DNA from: Candidatus Omnitrophota bacterium
Lineage (GTDB): Bacteria; Omnitrophota; Gorgyraeia; Zapsychrales; Aceulaceae
Direction: 5' to 3'
Assembly (NCBI GenBank): GCA_028693815.1
Contig: JAQUUP010000001.1
Location: forward strand, 8,433 to 72,432
Length of the DNA stretch: 64,000 nucleotides
Part shown: positions 9,862 through 18,547 of the stretch, in pieces
Layout of the letters: each line of letters begins with the position of its first letter
Position numbering within the stretch: position 1 is the stretch's first letter
Notes under the pieces: model-generated
Databases searched by the model: none
The model's input: the letters and a program-made list of their open reading frames with translations, nothing else
Told to the model about the DNA's origin: nothing
Translations under genes and position numbers: made by a program

Positions 9862-10479
9862 CTATTTCTTTTTTGGCAAATAGATAATTAACTTATTATC
9901 TTGTTTCTCCGTTTTCATCTTAGCTGTATCCGCGTCCTGCGGCAAAGGTATAGTTTTCATAAAAGAACCAAAACTTTTTATCTGAAGGGACTGATTAAGT
10001 CCCTCTTGTTTCTCTTGCGTAGAGTACTCCCCTTTCACTGTAACCGAATGCTGATTAATCTGAATATCAACTTTGTCTTGATCCATGCCTGTCATGTCAA
10101 ATTCAATCGTATACCCATCAAGAGTCTTATTAATATTAACCGCAGAATCAAAACTCATATTATTGACAAAAGCTCCCCTTGCTAACCCAGAACGCCCAAA
10201 TGAATCCTGAAACATTAAATCCATCGCTGCCTGCATCCGATCCATTTCCTCAAACGGGTCCCAAACAAATCCGCTTTTAACCCGCGGGTGCATTGTAGAG
10301 TCAGTATATTGTTTCTGTTTTTCTGCTTCTAATTCATCAACACGTTTTTGCAATACCAAAATCTGTTTCTTCAGCTCTATAATATCTTTTGTTTCCTGAG
10401 CAAAAAGCGGAATATTATACAAAAAAATTCCAACAACAATAAATATCCCCACTGTTATTAAGATTCTTTTGTTTCTCAT
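9862..10479 (-). CDS. Membrane-anchored small heat-shock protein (N-terminal TM helix + coiled coil + alpha-crystallin domain)
   Basis: 205 aa; hydrophobic ILITVGIFIVVGIFLY; ELKKQILVLQKRVDELEAEKQKQ coiled coil; ACD-like C-terminal half (TVKGEYSTQEK...GSFMKTIPLP..NKLIIYLPKK). Confidence 0.65.
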   Translation of the reverse strand: MRNKRILITVGIFIVVGIFLYNIPLFAQETKDIIELKKQILVLQKRVDELEAEKQKQYTDSTMHPRVKSGFVWDPFEEMDRMQAAMDLMFQDSFGRSGLARGAFVNNMSFDSAVNINKTLDGYTIEFDMTGMDQDKVDIQINQHSVTVKGEYSTQEKQEGLNQSLQIKSFGSFMKTIPLPQDADTAKMKTEKQDNKLIIYLPKKK

Positions 10480-10557
10480 ATTGCACCTCCTACAAATATA
10501 CTCTTTACCTTTCCTCCTATAATGCCATAATGATAGGGGGAAACACCCCCCCCATCA

Positions 10558-10935
10558 TTATGTTTTAATAACTATTTTCTGAGGCTGCGCTTCTTCAGAT
10601 TTTGATAATGAAACTTTTAGAACCCCATCCGTATACTCAGCCTTAATCTTTTCTCTATCGATTTGTGTATTAATTTCAAATCGGCGCTCAAAAGAAACAG
10701 GCCTTCTTTCTCTATGAAGAAGCGTATATTCCTTACCAATTTCCTCTTTCTGCTTCTTTCCTTGAATAATAAGCTGATTGCCATCCAGATTAAGATCAAG
10801 TGAATTTTTGTCGACACCCGGCATTTCTACAGCAATAATAATTTCTTTATCCTTCTCATATATATTGACAAATGGAGCAACAGTCGTCTCCTCTTCATCT
10901 TTATTTTTTCTAAACTTTTCTAACATCTTAATCAC
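10558..10935 (-). CDS. Hsp20/alpha-crystallin family small heat-shock protein
   Basis: 125 aa; APFVNIYEKDKEIIIAVEMPGVDKNSLDLNLDGNQLIIQGKK...ERRFEI...DGVLKVSLSK classic ACD. Confidence 0.85.
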   Translation of the reverse strand: MIKMLEKFRKNKDEEETTVAPFVNIYEKDKEIIIAVEMPGVDKNSLDLNLDGNQLIIQGKKQKEEIGKEYTLLHRERRPVSFERRFEINTQIDREKIKAEYTDGVLKVSLSKSEEAQPQKIVIKT

Positions 10936-10976
10936 CTCCTATTTTAACCTCCGAAAAATGAGAAGTTCGCACTGGG

Positions 10977-11447
10977 TTATTTAACATCTATACTAATTTG
11001 TTTTGGCTTTGCTTCCTCTTTTTTTGGTAATGTCAGCGTAAGCACCCCATCTTGATATTTTGCATCAACTTTATTAACATCAACAGAAGCTGGTAAAGGA
11101 ATCGTCCTGAAAAAACTTCCATAAAACCGCTCTGTTTTAAAATATTTTTCTTCCTTTACTTCTGTATCCTTTTTTTTCTCACCCTTTAAAATAAGGCTGC
11201 CGTCATGTATAGAAACTTCAATTTCATCTTTAGTTAAGCCTGGCAAATCAGCCTTAACCAAAAGACTATCTTTTGAATCATATACATCCACAGCTGGAGC
11301 CCATTGTCCACCCAACAATGTTGTGTCCCCTAAAGGATTTCGCGCTAAAGAAAAATCAAAAAGTTGATTCATTTGCTTTTGGATTCCCTCTAATTCAGAG
11401 AAAGGATCCACCCACCAATTATCTTTTCTATAAGGTACAAGTGTCAT
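10977..11447 (-). CDS. Hsp20/alpha-crystallin family small heat-shock protein
   Basis: 156 aa; WAPAVDVYDSKDSLLVKADLPGLTKDEIEVSIHDGSLILKGEKK...GSFFRTIPLPASVD...DGVLTLTLPKK. Confidence 0.85.
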   Translation of the reverse strand: MTLVPYRKDNWWVDPFSELEGIQKQMNQLFDFSLARNPLGDTTLLGGQWAPAVDVYDSKDSLLVKADLPGLTKDEIEVSIHDGSLILKGEKKKDTEVKEEKYFKTERFYGSFFRTIPLPASVDVNKVDAKYQDGVLTLTLPKKEEAKPKQISIDVK

Positions 11448-11590
11448 TGTAACCGCCTCCTTAATTCAAAGCTTTATTCCTATTTTTTTAAATTTTTCCT
11501 TGATTAAATCACCCAAAGTTCACCTGAACGATGAATTTCTCAAAAAATCTCCATTTCCTTCACCTCCTTTCAACTTAACCAATCTATCGA

Positions 11591-11617
11591 TTGGCACTCT
11601 ACCATAAGGAGTGCCAA
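11591..11617 (-). promoter_or_regulatory. CIRCE-like inverted repeat (TTGGCACTC-N9-GAGTGCCAA) between hspR and the first hsp20
   Basis: Perfect 9-bp arms with a 9-bp spacer, one symmetric substitution away from the HrcA operator consensus TTAGCACTC-N9-GAGTGCTAA; 143 bp upstream of the hsp20 start at 11447. Confidence 0.55.
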
Positions 11618-11634
11618 TTCCTAGGTAAAAAATT

Positions 11635-11955
11635 TTATCTCTTTTTTTTAATCTTAAATGTTCCTTTTTCCATTTCAAGTATCACCTTAAGTCCAGGTAT
11701 CTTTACGCTATGCTTCTCCATAAAAAACCAGCACCGCTGAGCTTCTTTTAATTCACGCTTTGAATACAATCTCGACTCCCCCTCATTCTTACGAGCAGGA
11801 GAAACAATACCCTCTTTATCTAATTGTTTTAAAACCCAAATAGGAATTTTTAAAATTTTACATACAATTCCCGTCGTATAAATAGGAACATCAGGCTCAA
11901 TATAAACCTCTTCAAAATCCTCACTATTTTTTATTTTCTTTGATGCCATGACCAC
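11635..11955 (-). CDS. hspR: MerR-family heat-shock regulator (HspR-like)
   Basis: 106 aa; IYTTGIVCKILKIPIWVLKQLDKEGIVSPARKNEGESRLYSKRELKEAQRC matches the MerR/HspR HTH (YTI..aa.l.g..pqtLR.Yer.GL..P.R..gg.R.YS..dl); first gene of the hsp20-dnaJ operon. Confidence 0.7.
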   Translation of the reverse strand: MVMASKKIKNSEDFEEVYIEPDVPIYTTGIVCKILKIPIWVLKQLDKEGIVSPARKNEGESRLYSKRELKEAQRCWFFMEKHSVKIPGLKVILEMEKGTFKIKKKR

Positions 11956-11975
11956 TTTCCTTTTTAACTAATCTA

Positions 11976-12040
11976 AATATACAACTTTTCGAAATATTTG
12001 TCAAGTATTATCGAAATATTTATTTCGATAATCGAAATAT
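11976..12040 (-). promoter_or_regulatory. Sigma70-like promoter (TTGACA-N17-TATATT, minus strand) overlapping a palindromic operator with three TCGAAATAT half-sites
   Basis: On the minus strand: -35 at 11999-12004, -10 at 11976-11981, RBS AAAGGAAAG before the hspR ATG. Perfect palindrome TATCGAAATA-TT-TATTTCGATA at 12009-12030; additional TCGAAATAT copies at 12032-12040 and inside the spacer (11989-11997). Confidence 0.5.
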
Positions 12041-12175
12041 ATCTAAAACCGTTTCCCGAAAAAATACTGCGGTCTATCCACCGCCAATTCTCTGGCAGAG
12101 ATAAAAATGCTTCGATTAACATCAATATAGCTTGAAAAAATGAAGAAAGGGAAGGCAAAAGCCTTCCCTTTTATT

Positions 12176-12252
12176 TGGTAGCCCCAACGGGATTCGAACC
12201 CGTGTCTGATGACTGAGAATCACCTGTCCTAACCAGGCTAGACGATGGGGCC
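12176..12252 (-). tRNA. tRNA-Glu (anticodon CUC), CCA encoded
   Basis: Reverse complement folds as a cloverleaf: acceptor GGCCCCA/TGGGGCT, D-arm TCGTCTAGCCTGGTTAGGAC, anticodon stem GGTGA/TCATC with loop TTCTCAG, T-arm ACGGGTTCGAATCCCGT, then ACCA. Confidence 0.75.
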
Positions 12253-12441
12253 ATATATTCTATTCTAAAAACCTTTAAAAAAGATTATCTAATCGCCTTC
12301 TCTAGAAAAAAAACAGTAGGCGAGTAAAATAATATCACATCTATCAGTATGGTCAACAAAAATTATTGGCCCTAATTTTAATTTACTCTTTTAAACAAAT
12401 CCTTTTCCAAAAATAATAATTTCTCTAAAACGGAATTAAGG

Positions 12442-12470
12442 TTGACACTCAAAAATCTACCTTATACTAT
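12442..12470 (+). promoter_or_regulatory. Candidate sigma70 promoter for the FIST-HK-GGDEF operon (TTGACA ... TACTAT)
   Basis: TTGACA at 12442-12447 with a TATACT/TACTAT -10 15-17 nt downstream, about 40 nt before the ATG at 12512. Confidence 0.3.
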
Positions 12471-12511
12471 AGAAGATATAATTAACCTATTAATACTAAT
12501 ATTATTACTTT

Positions 12512-13714
12512 ATGTCTATACACATTGGTGTCGGTTTTAGTAAAGATGAAAATCCCTTCCGTGCAGCACAAAATGCTGCTGCGCAAGCTAAAATCCAAAC
12601 AAAAGAAAATCCTGTCCACCTTGTCATTATTTTTTCAACAATCCATTACAGCCGAATCGAAACAATACGGGTTGTCAGGGAAACTTTTCCTGACGCTAAG
12701 ATCGTAGGGTGCTCAACAAGCGGTCTTATTCTTTCGAAAACCATTGAAACATGGGGCGTCTCTATTTTAGCCATCGGATCCCAAGAAATTCATTTTGGTG
12801 TTAGCTGTATTAAAAATATCAGCAGAGACAAAATTAATTTAGATTCTAGTGAAATTGCAAAAAAAACACTCAAAGACTTTGGTCTAAATCGTCGGCAAAT
12901 ATCGCTTCTTTTAACCGACGGCCTTTCCCAAAACAATTCTATGCTTCTTAAAGGAATTCAAGAATCTCTAGGTCTCCTCTCCCCTATCCTTGGGGCCGGC
13001 AGCAGCGATGACTTCCAATCAAAAAAGACATATCAATATTTTGAGAATGAAATCTTAACAGACTCTGCTGCTGTCATCATTATGGGTGGACGGATGACAG
13101 CTGGGTTTTCTAGTCAACACGGGTGGAAACCTCTAGGAAAACCGCGCATCATTACAAAAGCAGAAAAAAATATTATTAAGAAAATTAACAATAAAAAAGC
13201 CATTTCCATTTATGAAGAATTCTTCGCAGATCAAGCCGCTTCTCTTTTTTCAAATCGTTTAAATCGCATGAGAGACTTTTATCCTTTAGGCATGCTGATA
13301 GAAGGTGAAAAAAAATATCTCTTACAACAAGTTGTAAACGTAACCCATGAGGGCGACCTCATCTGCCAAGGTGAAATTCCAGAAGGAACAGAAGTTCATA
13401 TTATGATTGGAAACAAAGACTCTTGTCGGGATTCTACACTTGCGGCTGCTTGTGAAGTAAAAGAATCTCTTTTTGGAAGAACTCCCGATGTTATTATTGT
13501 TTTTGAGTCTGTTTCAAGGCAGAAATTATTAGGCCGTAACGTTTTTCAAGAAATTCAGATTATCAAAGAAGTTCTAGGAGAAAACGTTCCTATTTTTGGA
13601 ATGTATGCTTACGGAGAATTTGCCCCCTTAGGAACAGCGGGACAAGCTGGACAATCTTTTTTACAAAACGAAACGATATCTATCTTAGCTATTGAACACC
13701 ACAAGGTTTATTAG
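12512..13714 (+). CDS. FIST-domain sensory protein (FIST_N + FIST_C)
   Basis: 400 aa; N-terminal pattern ...VHLVIIFSTIHYS...FPDAKIVGCSTSGLI resembles FIST_N; the size and position upstream of a histidine kinase are typical of FIST proteins. Confidence 0.5.
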   Translation: MSIHIGVGFSKDENPFRAAQNAAAQAKIQTKENPVHLVIIFSTIHYSRIETIRVVRETFPDAKIVGCSTSGLILSKTIETWGVSILAIGSQEIHFGVSCIKNISRDKINLDSSEIAKKTLKDFGLNRRQISLLLTDGLSQNNSMLLKGIQESLGLLSPILGAGSSDDFQSKKTYQYFENEILTDSAAVIIMGGRMTAGFSSQHGWKPLGKPRIITKAEKNIIKKINNKKAISIYEEFFADQAASLFSNRLNRMRDFYPLGMLIEGEKKYLLQQVVNVTHEGDLICQGEIPEGTEVHIMIGNKDSCRDSTLAAACEVKESLFGRTPDVIIVFESVSRQKLLGRNVFQEIQIIKEVLGENVPIFGMYAYGEFAPLGTAGQAGQSFLQNETISILAIEHHKVY

Positions 13715-13763
13715 TATATTAAATCAAGAGATTAACTAAAGCTTCAAATTAACGACATTACCT

Positions 13764-15302
13764 ATGCTAAACATTACAAGCTCTTCTGTTGATATTACTT
13801 TTTTTGCGATTGTTGGAATTACAATTCTAACAATAATCGCAACACTCGTTTTTATTCTGATTAATAAAATTGATCAAATCAAAGAGCTTCACTCTGCCTT
13901 AAAAAAACTTAAACTATCGTTTAACAACTTGGATGAACAAGCAAAGCTTATTTTAAAAACTGATCTTGAGCTTAACCGTGCGCAAGAAGAATTAGACAAG
14001 CGTCTCTCTAGCCTTGACGCCCTTCAAAGAACATCTCGGCTTATTAGCACTACTTTAGATGAATCTGAAATCTTTCGAAGACTAGATAAAGCACTCATGC
14101 TTCAACTTGGATTTGAACAAATCCTCATCCTTACTTTTGATAAAGAAAGGAATCTAATTACTCGTGTCAATTCTGGATTTTCAGACTCTAAAACTCAAGA
14201 AATTTCTAGTCACCTTACAAAAGACCCCGTATTTTCTTCTTTATTTAAAGAAGGCTACGCTCTATCTTCTGCAACAGCATCCAAAGCAAAAAAAGAAAGA
14301 ATTATCAATGTTTTTGGATCCAATAATTTTATTTTATCTCCCATCCTAACTCAAGATGGAACCATTGGTGTTATTTTCGTAGGAAATCAAAATGAAATGC
14401 AAACAGTATCAGAAGCTGATGAAGAAATGGTTTCTATTCTCACAAATCAAATTGGTCAATCTCTTGAAAACGCACAACTTTTTGAACAAGTATACACCTC
14501 CCGACAAGAGCTTGAATCAAAGATTCAGGAGCGAACCAAACAACTTGCTTCCGCCTTAGAAAAAGTACAAAAAATTAGTCGAACAAAAACCGAATTTGTT
14601 TCCGCAGTCTCCCATGAGTTAAGAACTCCATTGACGTCTATTAAAGGATACGCCTCAATTTTGATGTCAGGGAAACTTGGCGAAATTCCAGACAAAGTCA
14701 AAGAGCGGTTAGAAAAAATTAATAAACATTCGAATAATCTTGTCGAACTCATCAATGAACTTTTAGATATTTCTCGCATTGAATCTGGACGTATCGATAT
14801 GAATTTTGAAAAAGTTCCTATAAAAAATCTCATTGAAAACACCCGCGACCTTTTGATGCCTCAGATGAAAGAAAAACAAATCACATTTTCTTGCGACATA
14901 CCCGAACAAATTCCAGATATTTTAATCGATCAAAAACATATTGAACGTGTTTTTATCAACCTTTTAAGCAATGCTATTAAATACACACCAAATGGGAAAA
15001 TTAATATCAAAGCCTCTTACAACGAAAAAGAAGTCCTTTTTGAAATTCAAGACACTGGATCTGGTATCAAAGCAGAAGACCTTCCTCGCCTATTTGATGA
15101 GTTTTATCGAGTTGAGAACGACCTTAATCAAAGCATCAAAGGGACAGGGTTAGGGCTTTCTTTAGTTAAACACATCATCACAGCACATCAAGGGGAAATA
15201 TGGGCTACCAGCGAAATCAACGTCGGAACAACATTTCATTTTACAATCCCTATTACCCGAAAAGAAGAAAAACCTGATGCGCAAGAAACTTTAAGCCCAT
15301 AA
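13764..15302 (+). CDS. Sensor histidine kinase (TM + coiled coil + GAF + HisKA + HATPase_c)
   Basis: 512 aa; H-box [19 protein letters not shown]; G-boxes GTGLGLSLVKHII; GAF-like region at about 100-240. Confidence 0.85.
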   Translation: MLNITSSSVDITFFAIVGITILTIIATLVFILINKIDQIKELHSALKKLKLSFNNLDEQAKLILKTDLELNRAQEELDKRLSSLDALQRTSRLISTTLDESEIFRRLDKALMLQLGFEQILILTFDKERNLITRVNSGFSDSKTQEISSHLTKDPVFSSLFKEGYALSSATASKAKKERIINVFGSNNFILSPILTQDGTIGVIFVGNQNEMQTVSEADEEMVSILTNQIGQSLENAQLFEQVYTSRQELESKIQERTKQLASALEKVQKISRTKTEFVSAVSHELRTPLTSIKGYASILMSGKLGEIPDKVKERLEKINKHSNNLVELINELLDISRIESGRIDMNFEKVPIKNLIENTRDLLMPQMKEKQITFSCDIPEQIPDILIDQKHIERVFINLLSNAIKYTPNGKINIKASYNEKEVLFEIQDTGSGIKAEDLPRLFDEFYRVENDLNQSIKGTGLGLSLVKHIITAHQGEIWATSEINVGTTFHFTIPITRKEEKPDAQETLSP

Positions 15303-15323
15303 AAAAGGATTGAAAGAAAACAA

Positions 15324-16253
15324 ATGAATCAATTAAAAATCTTAACGCTTGACGATGATCCAGATATTCTCGATGTTTTAGAATTAACCCTATCAGGAGA
15401 CTACATTGTTTTTCAAGGATCAAACGGAGAAGAAGGCGTCAGACTCGCTAAAGCTTGCTCCCCAGATTTAATCATCACAGACTATAAAATGCCAATCATG
15501 GATGGTCGTCAATTTTGTCGCATCATAAAAAAGGATATTTTATTGCAACATACGCCTATCATCATGCTCACAGGAAAAGGCGAAGTCAAAGATAAAGTTG
15601 GCGGACTTGAAGCTGGCGCAGACGACTATCTTGTAAAACCGTTTGAGCCAAATGAACTTTTGGCTAGAATCCGTATGATCTTGAGACGAACCAAACGTAG
15701 CCTAGATGCCAATCCTCTAACGCGCCTTCCCGGGAACAACTCAATCATGGATGAACTTCAATATCGCATTCAAACCAAGGAGCCTTTTGCCGTCGGCTAT
15801 GCAGATTTAGATAAATTTAAAGCCTATAATGATATTTATGGCTTTGAAAAAGGCGATGAAATTATTAAAGAAACAGCTCGCATCATTATCAATGCATCCC
15901 AAGAAAAAGGCAACAACGAAACTTTTGTAGGGCACATTGGCGGCGATGACTTTGTTTTTATCTGCGAAGATGCCATTGCCGATGATATTGCTCAAGAAAT
16001 AATCAAACAATTTGATACGAAAGCACCGTTTTTTTATAACGAGAAAGACCGTAAAAAAGGCTATATTGTTGCAAAAAATCGCCAAGGCGAACAAATCACT
16101 ATCGGGCTTCTAGCGATCTCCATTGGAATTGTTAGCAGCCGCAAACAAGCTATTACACATATCGCTCAAGTGGCTGAAATCGGAGCGGAATTAAAGAAAT
16201 ATGCAAAAAGTATCGAAGGAAGTTCTTTTGTAAGGGATCAAAGGAATATTTAA
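15324..16253 (+). CDS. Response regulator REC-GGDEF with a non-canonical GGDDF signature
   Basis: REC: LTLDDDPDILDV...DLIITDYKMPIMDG...LTGKG...YLVKPF. GGDEF: PLTRLPGNN...YADLDKFKAYNDIYGFEKGDEII...GHIGGDDFVFI. Confidence 0.85.
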   Translation: MNQLKILTLDDDPDILDVLELTLSGDYIVFQGSNGEEGVRLAKACSPDLIITDYKMPIMDGRQFCRIIKKDILLQHTPIIMLTGKGEVKDKVGGLEAGADDYLVKPFEPNELLARIRMILRRTKRSLDANPLTRLPGNNSIMDELQYRIQTKEPFAVGYADLDKFKAYNDIYGFEKGDEIIKETARIIINASQEKGNNETFVGHIGGDDFVFICEDAIADDIAQEIIKQFDTKAPFFYNEKDRKKGYIVAKNRQGEQITIGLLAISIGIVSSRKQAITHIAQVAEIGAELKKYAKSIEGSSFVRDQRNI

Positions 16254-16261
16254 GGATATCT

Positions 16262-16759
16262 TTATGGTATATTTAAAATAGGCATGCCTGAACAAAAATA
16301 ACATTTCCCGTTAGGCACATCAGGGTCTGGGACTGTATCGCAACAACCCAAAAATCTGTCGCAGGGCCAACAAGCAACTTCAAAACCGCTTCCACAGCTG
16401 GCATAATCTTTATGCATACATAATCCAGCGTAACTACCGTCAATCTTACAATGCCCACCATCATCAAAGGCGAATCCCCATGCCCAAAGACATAAAGGCA
16501 ATATCCCGCATTCATCATAGCTTAATCCCTCACAAAGTTCCCACTCAGATTGAGGTATTACACTGCTCAAAGCCGTTCCGTCAACTGGATCCCCCACAAT
16601 TGCATTCTGGACCTTAACAAAATAATTTGTTGCCGCATCCCTAACCTGTCCGTCTTCTCCAAAAAAAGTTTTAAAACCCAAAAAAGCCACCAAAGCACAA
16701 ATCGTCAGCAGCAAAAGATATTCGATAGCAATCTGTCCTTTAAAAATTTTATTCTTCAT
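16262..16759 (-). CDS. Prepilin-type (class III signal peptide) protein with a cysteine-rich C-terminal domain
   Basis: MKNKIFKG|QIAIEYLLLLTICALVAF: short basic leader, Gly at -1, Glu at +5, about 20-aa hydrophobic helix. Mature region carries about 13 Cys in about 100 aa. Strong RBS GGAGGA 8 nt upstream. Confidence 0.5.
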   Translation of the reverse strand: MKNKIFKGQIAIEYLLLLTICALVAFLGFKTFFGEDGQVRDAATNYFVKVQNAIVGDPVDGTALSSVIPQSEWELCEGLSYDECGILPLCLWAWGFAFDDGGHCKIDGSYAGLCMHKDYASCGSGFEVACWPCDRFLGCCDTVPDPDVPNGKCYFCSGMPILNIP

Positions 16760-16787
16760 GGTGAGACATCCTCCGCTCTTAAGTATA

Positions 16788-17510
16788 TCATATTTTTAAA
16801 CTTTTAAGATACTTGACCACTTCTTTAGGCTTTGAGGAACCAAAGAAATAGCTAGCTGTAGCAAGAATATTAGCTCCTGCCTTTACAGCTTCTGGTGCTG
16901 TTAATTCATTAATGCCACCATCAACAGCGATGTCTTTATCAAAAATGTCTCTTAGCCCCTGAATCTTAGGAAGAGCGACTGGCATAAATTTCTGTTTTGC
17001 AAACCCTGGATTAACGGACATCACCAAGAAACCATCAGTCTGATCTAGAACACCTTGAATGCAAATAGGGCTAGATGGATTCAAGACAACAAAAGCTTTT
17101 TTCCCATTATCCTGAATTCTTTGAATATCCTTTTTGAGCTTTATTGTGTTAACAGCATCCACTCGACGAGTATACCCATCTGCTTCTTTGAACAAATGAC
17201 CTTCTAAAGCATAACACTCCGCATGCAAAGAAATAGAATCGGCACCAGCTTTTAAAAAAGAATCAATATATGCGCTTGGGTTTTCAATCATAAAATGTGC
17301 TTCAATAGGAAGCTTCGTAATAGGACGAATAGCCTCTACAATAAGAGCTCCGACCGTAATGTTTGGAACAAAATGGCCATCCATCACATCAATATGAAGC
17401 ATGTCGACACCGGCTTCTTCGCACATCTTAATTTCACTCGCTAAATTTGTAAAATCTGCACACAAAATACTAACACTAACTTTAATTTTTTTATCCATTA
17501 ATCTCCCCAA
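16788..17510 (-). CDS. rpe: Ribulose-phosphate 3-epimerase
   Basis: 240 aa; KVSVSILCADFTNLASEI...HIDVMDGHFVPNITVG. Confidence 0.9.
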   Translation of the reverse strand: MGRLMDKKIKVSVSILCADFTNLASEIKMCEEAGVDMLHIDVMDGHFVPNITVGALIVEAIRPITKLPIEAHFMIENPSAYIDSFLKAGADSISLHAECYALEGHLFKEADGYTRRVDAVNTIKLKKDIQRIQDNGKKAFVVLNPSSPICIQGVLDQTDGFLVMSVNPGFAKQKFMPVALPKIQGLRDIFDKDIAVDGGINELTAPEAVKAGANILATASYFFGSSKPKEVVKYLKSLKI

Positions 17511-17516
17511 TAAATC

Positions 17517-18242
17517 CTAAATTTGTGCAACTGTTTTATTTTTTAAATCCTGATACAAATAATAACTAAAAATTAAAGCATAAATGCCGAGCGCTGCCTT
17601 GACAACTTCACTAGCAATAGTTCCAACCGCGACTCCAATAAATGGAATCAAAATAAAAAAAGCAGATACAAGGCTAATCAAAATTGCCGCTAAAATCATA
17701 GCACCCATTAACGCAAACATTTTAAGCAAAAACTCTTTTAAATTTGATTTAATAACAGATTTACTAAAAGCCAAAGCTTCATTTCCTCTTTTATCGTCAA
17801 TAATCACCGAATAACTAGAAAACCCATACAAAACAGAAAAAATAATGCCTGGAACAATCAAAAGCAAGGACCACAAAATAACCTTCACAAAAACAAGAAT
17901 AGATACAATTGCAAAAGGACTAAAAATATCCTTTGCTTGTTTATACATTTCCACCGCATTAACCGATTGATCTTGTGCCACATTGTGAACTGTTTTAATG
18001 AGCGCTATCGAATAAAATAAAGAAATCAAAATTGTAAGAATAAAAATTATTGCTGAAATTAAAACAGAAAGGCCTGATGGGCCAGCATCAGCTGTCTGTA
18101 AAAGTTTAAAGCTTCCAACCCCCAACAAAACAAGGACAGTCGTCGGAACAAAGAAAATAGCATAAACAATAGAAAATGCCTTAATATTCTTTAGAAGTAA
18201 ATCATAACTTTTCTTAAAAATCACTCCAAAATTCTCTTCCAT
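17517..18242 (-). CDS. Hypothetical polytopic membrane protein
   Basis: 241 aa, 5-6 predicted TM helices; no diagnostic motif recognised. Confidence 0.45.
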   Translation of the reverse strand: MEENFGVIFKKSYDLLLKNIKAFSIVYAIFFVPTTVLVLLGVGSFKLLQTADAGPSGLSVLISAIIFILTILISLFYSIALIKTVHNVAQDQSVNAVEMYKQAKDIFSPFAIVSILVFVKVILWSLLLIVPGIIFSVLYGFSSYSVIIDDKRGNEALAFSKSVIKSNLKEFLLKMFALMGAMILAAILISLVSAFFILIPFIGVAVGTIASEVVKAALGIYALIFSYYLYQDLKNKTVAQI

Positions 18243-18404
18243 ATTATCTCCTTTTCAAAGAATTAAATAAATATTGATTTGATAAAATATTATACCTTAT
18301 CAAAAGAAAAATCGCCACTGCCTTTATGTTTATCCAAAAATAGACTTGAAACTTCTATGAACATAGTGGATAAAAAAGGCCTAGATCTTATCTAAGCCTT
18401 TTAA

Positions 18405-18485
18405 TGCGCGGGGTGGGACTTGAACCCACACGGGTTACCCCACACGCCCCTCAAACGTGCGCGTATACCATTCCGCCACCCGCGC
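18405..18485 (-). tRNA. tRNA-Leu (anticodon GAG), long variable arm, CCA not encoded
   Basis: Reverse complement GCGCGGGTGGCGGAATGGTATACGCGCACGTTTGAGGGGCGTGTGGGGTAACCCGTGTGGGTTCAAGTCCCACCCCGCGCA; anticodon stem CACGT/GCGTG, loop TTGAGGG; 14-nt variable arm. Confidence 0.75.
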
Positions 18486-18547
18486 GCAAGCTAGCATTAT
18501 AGCCTCTCTTTGATTTTTTTCAACCAAAGAACTTACCTTGCCATCTT

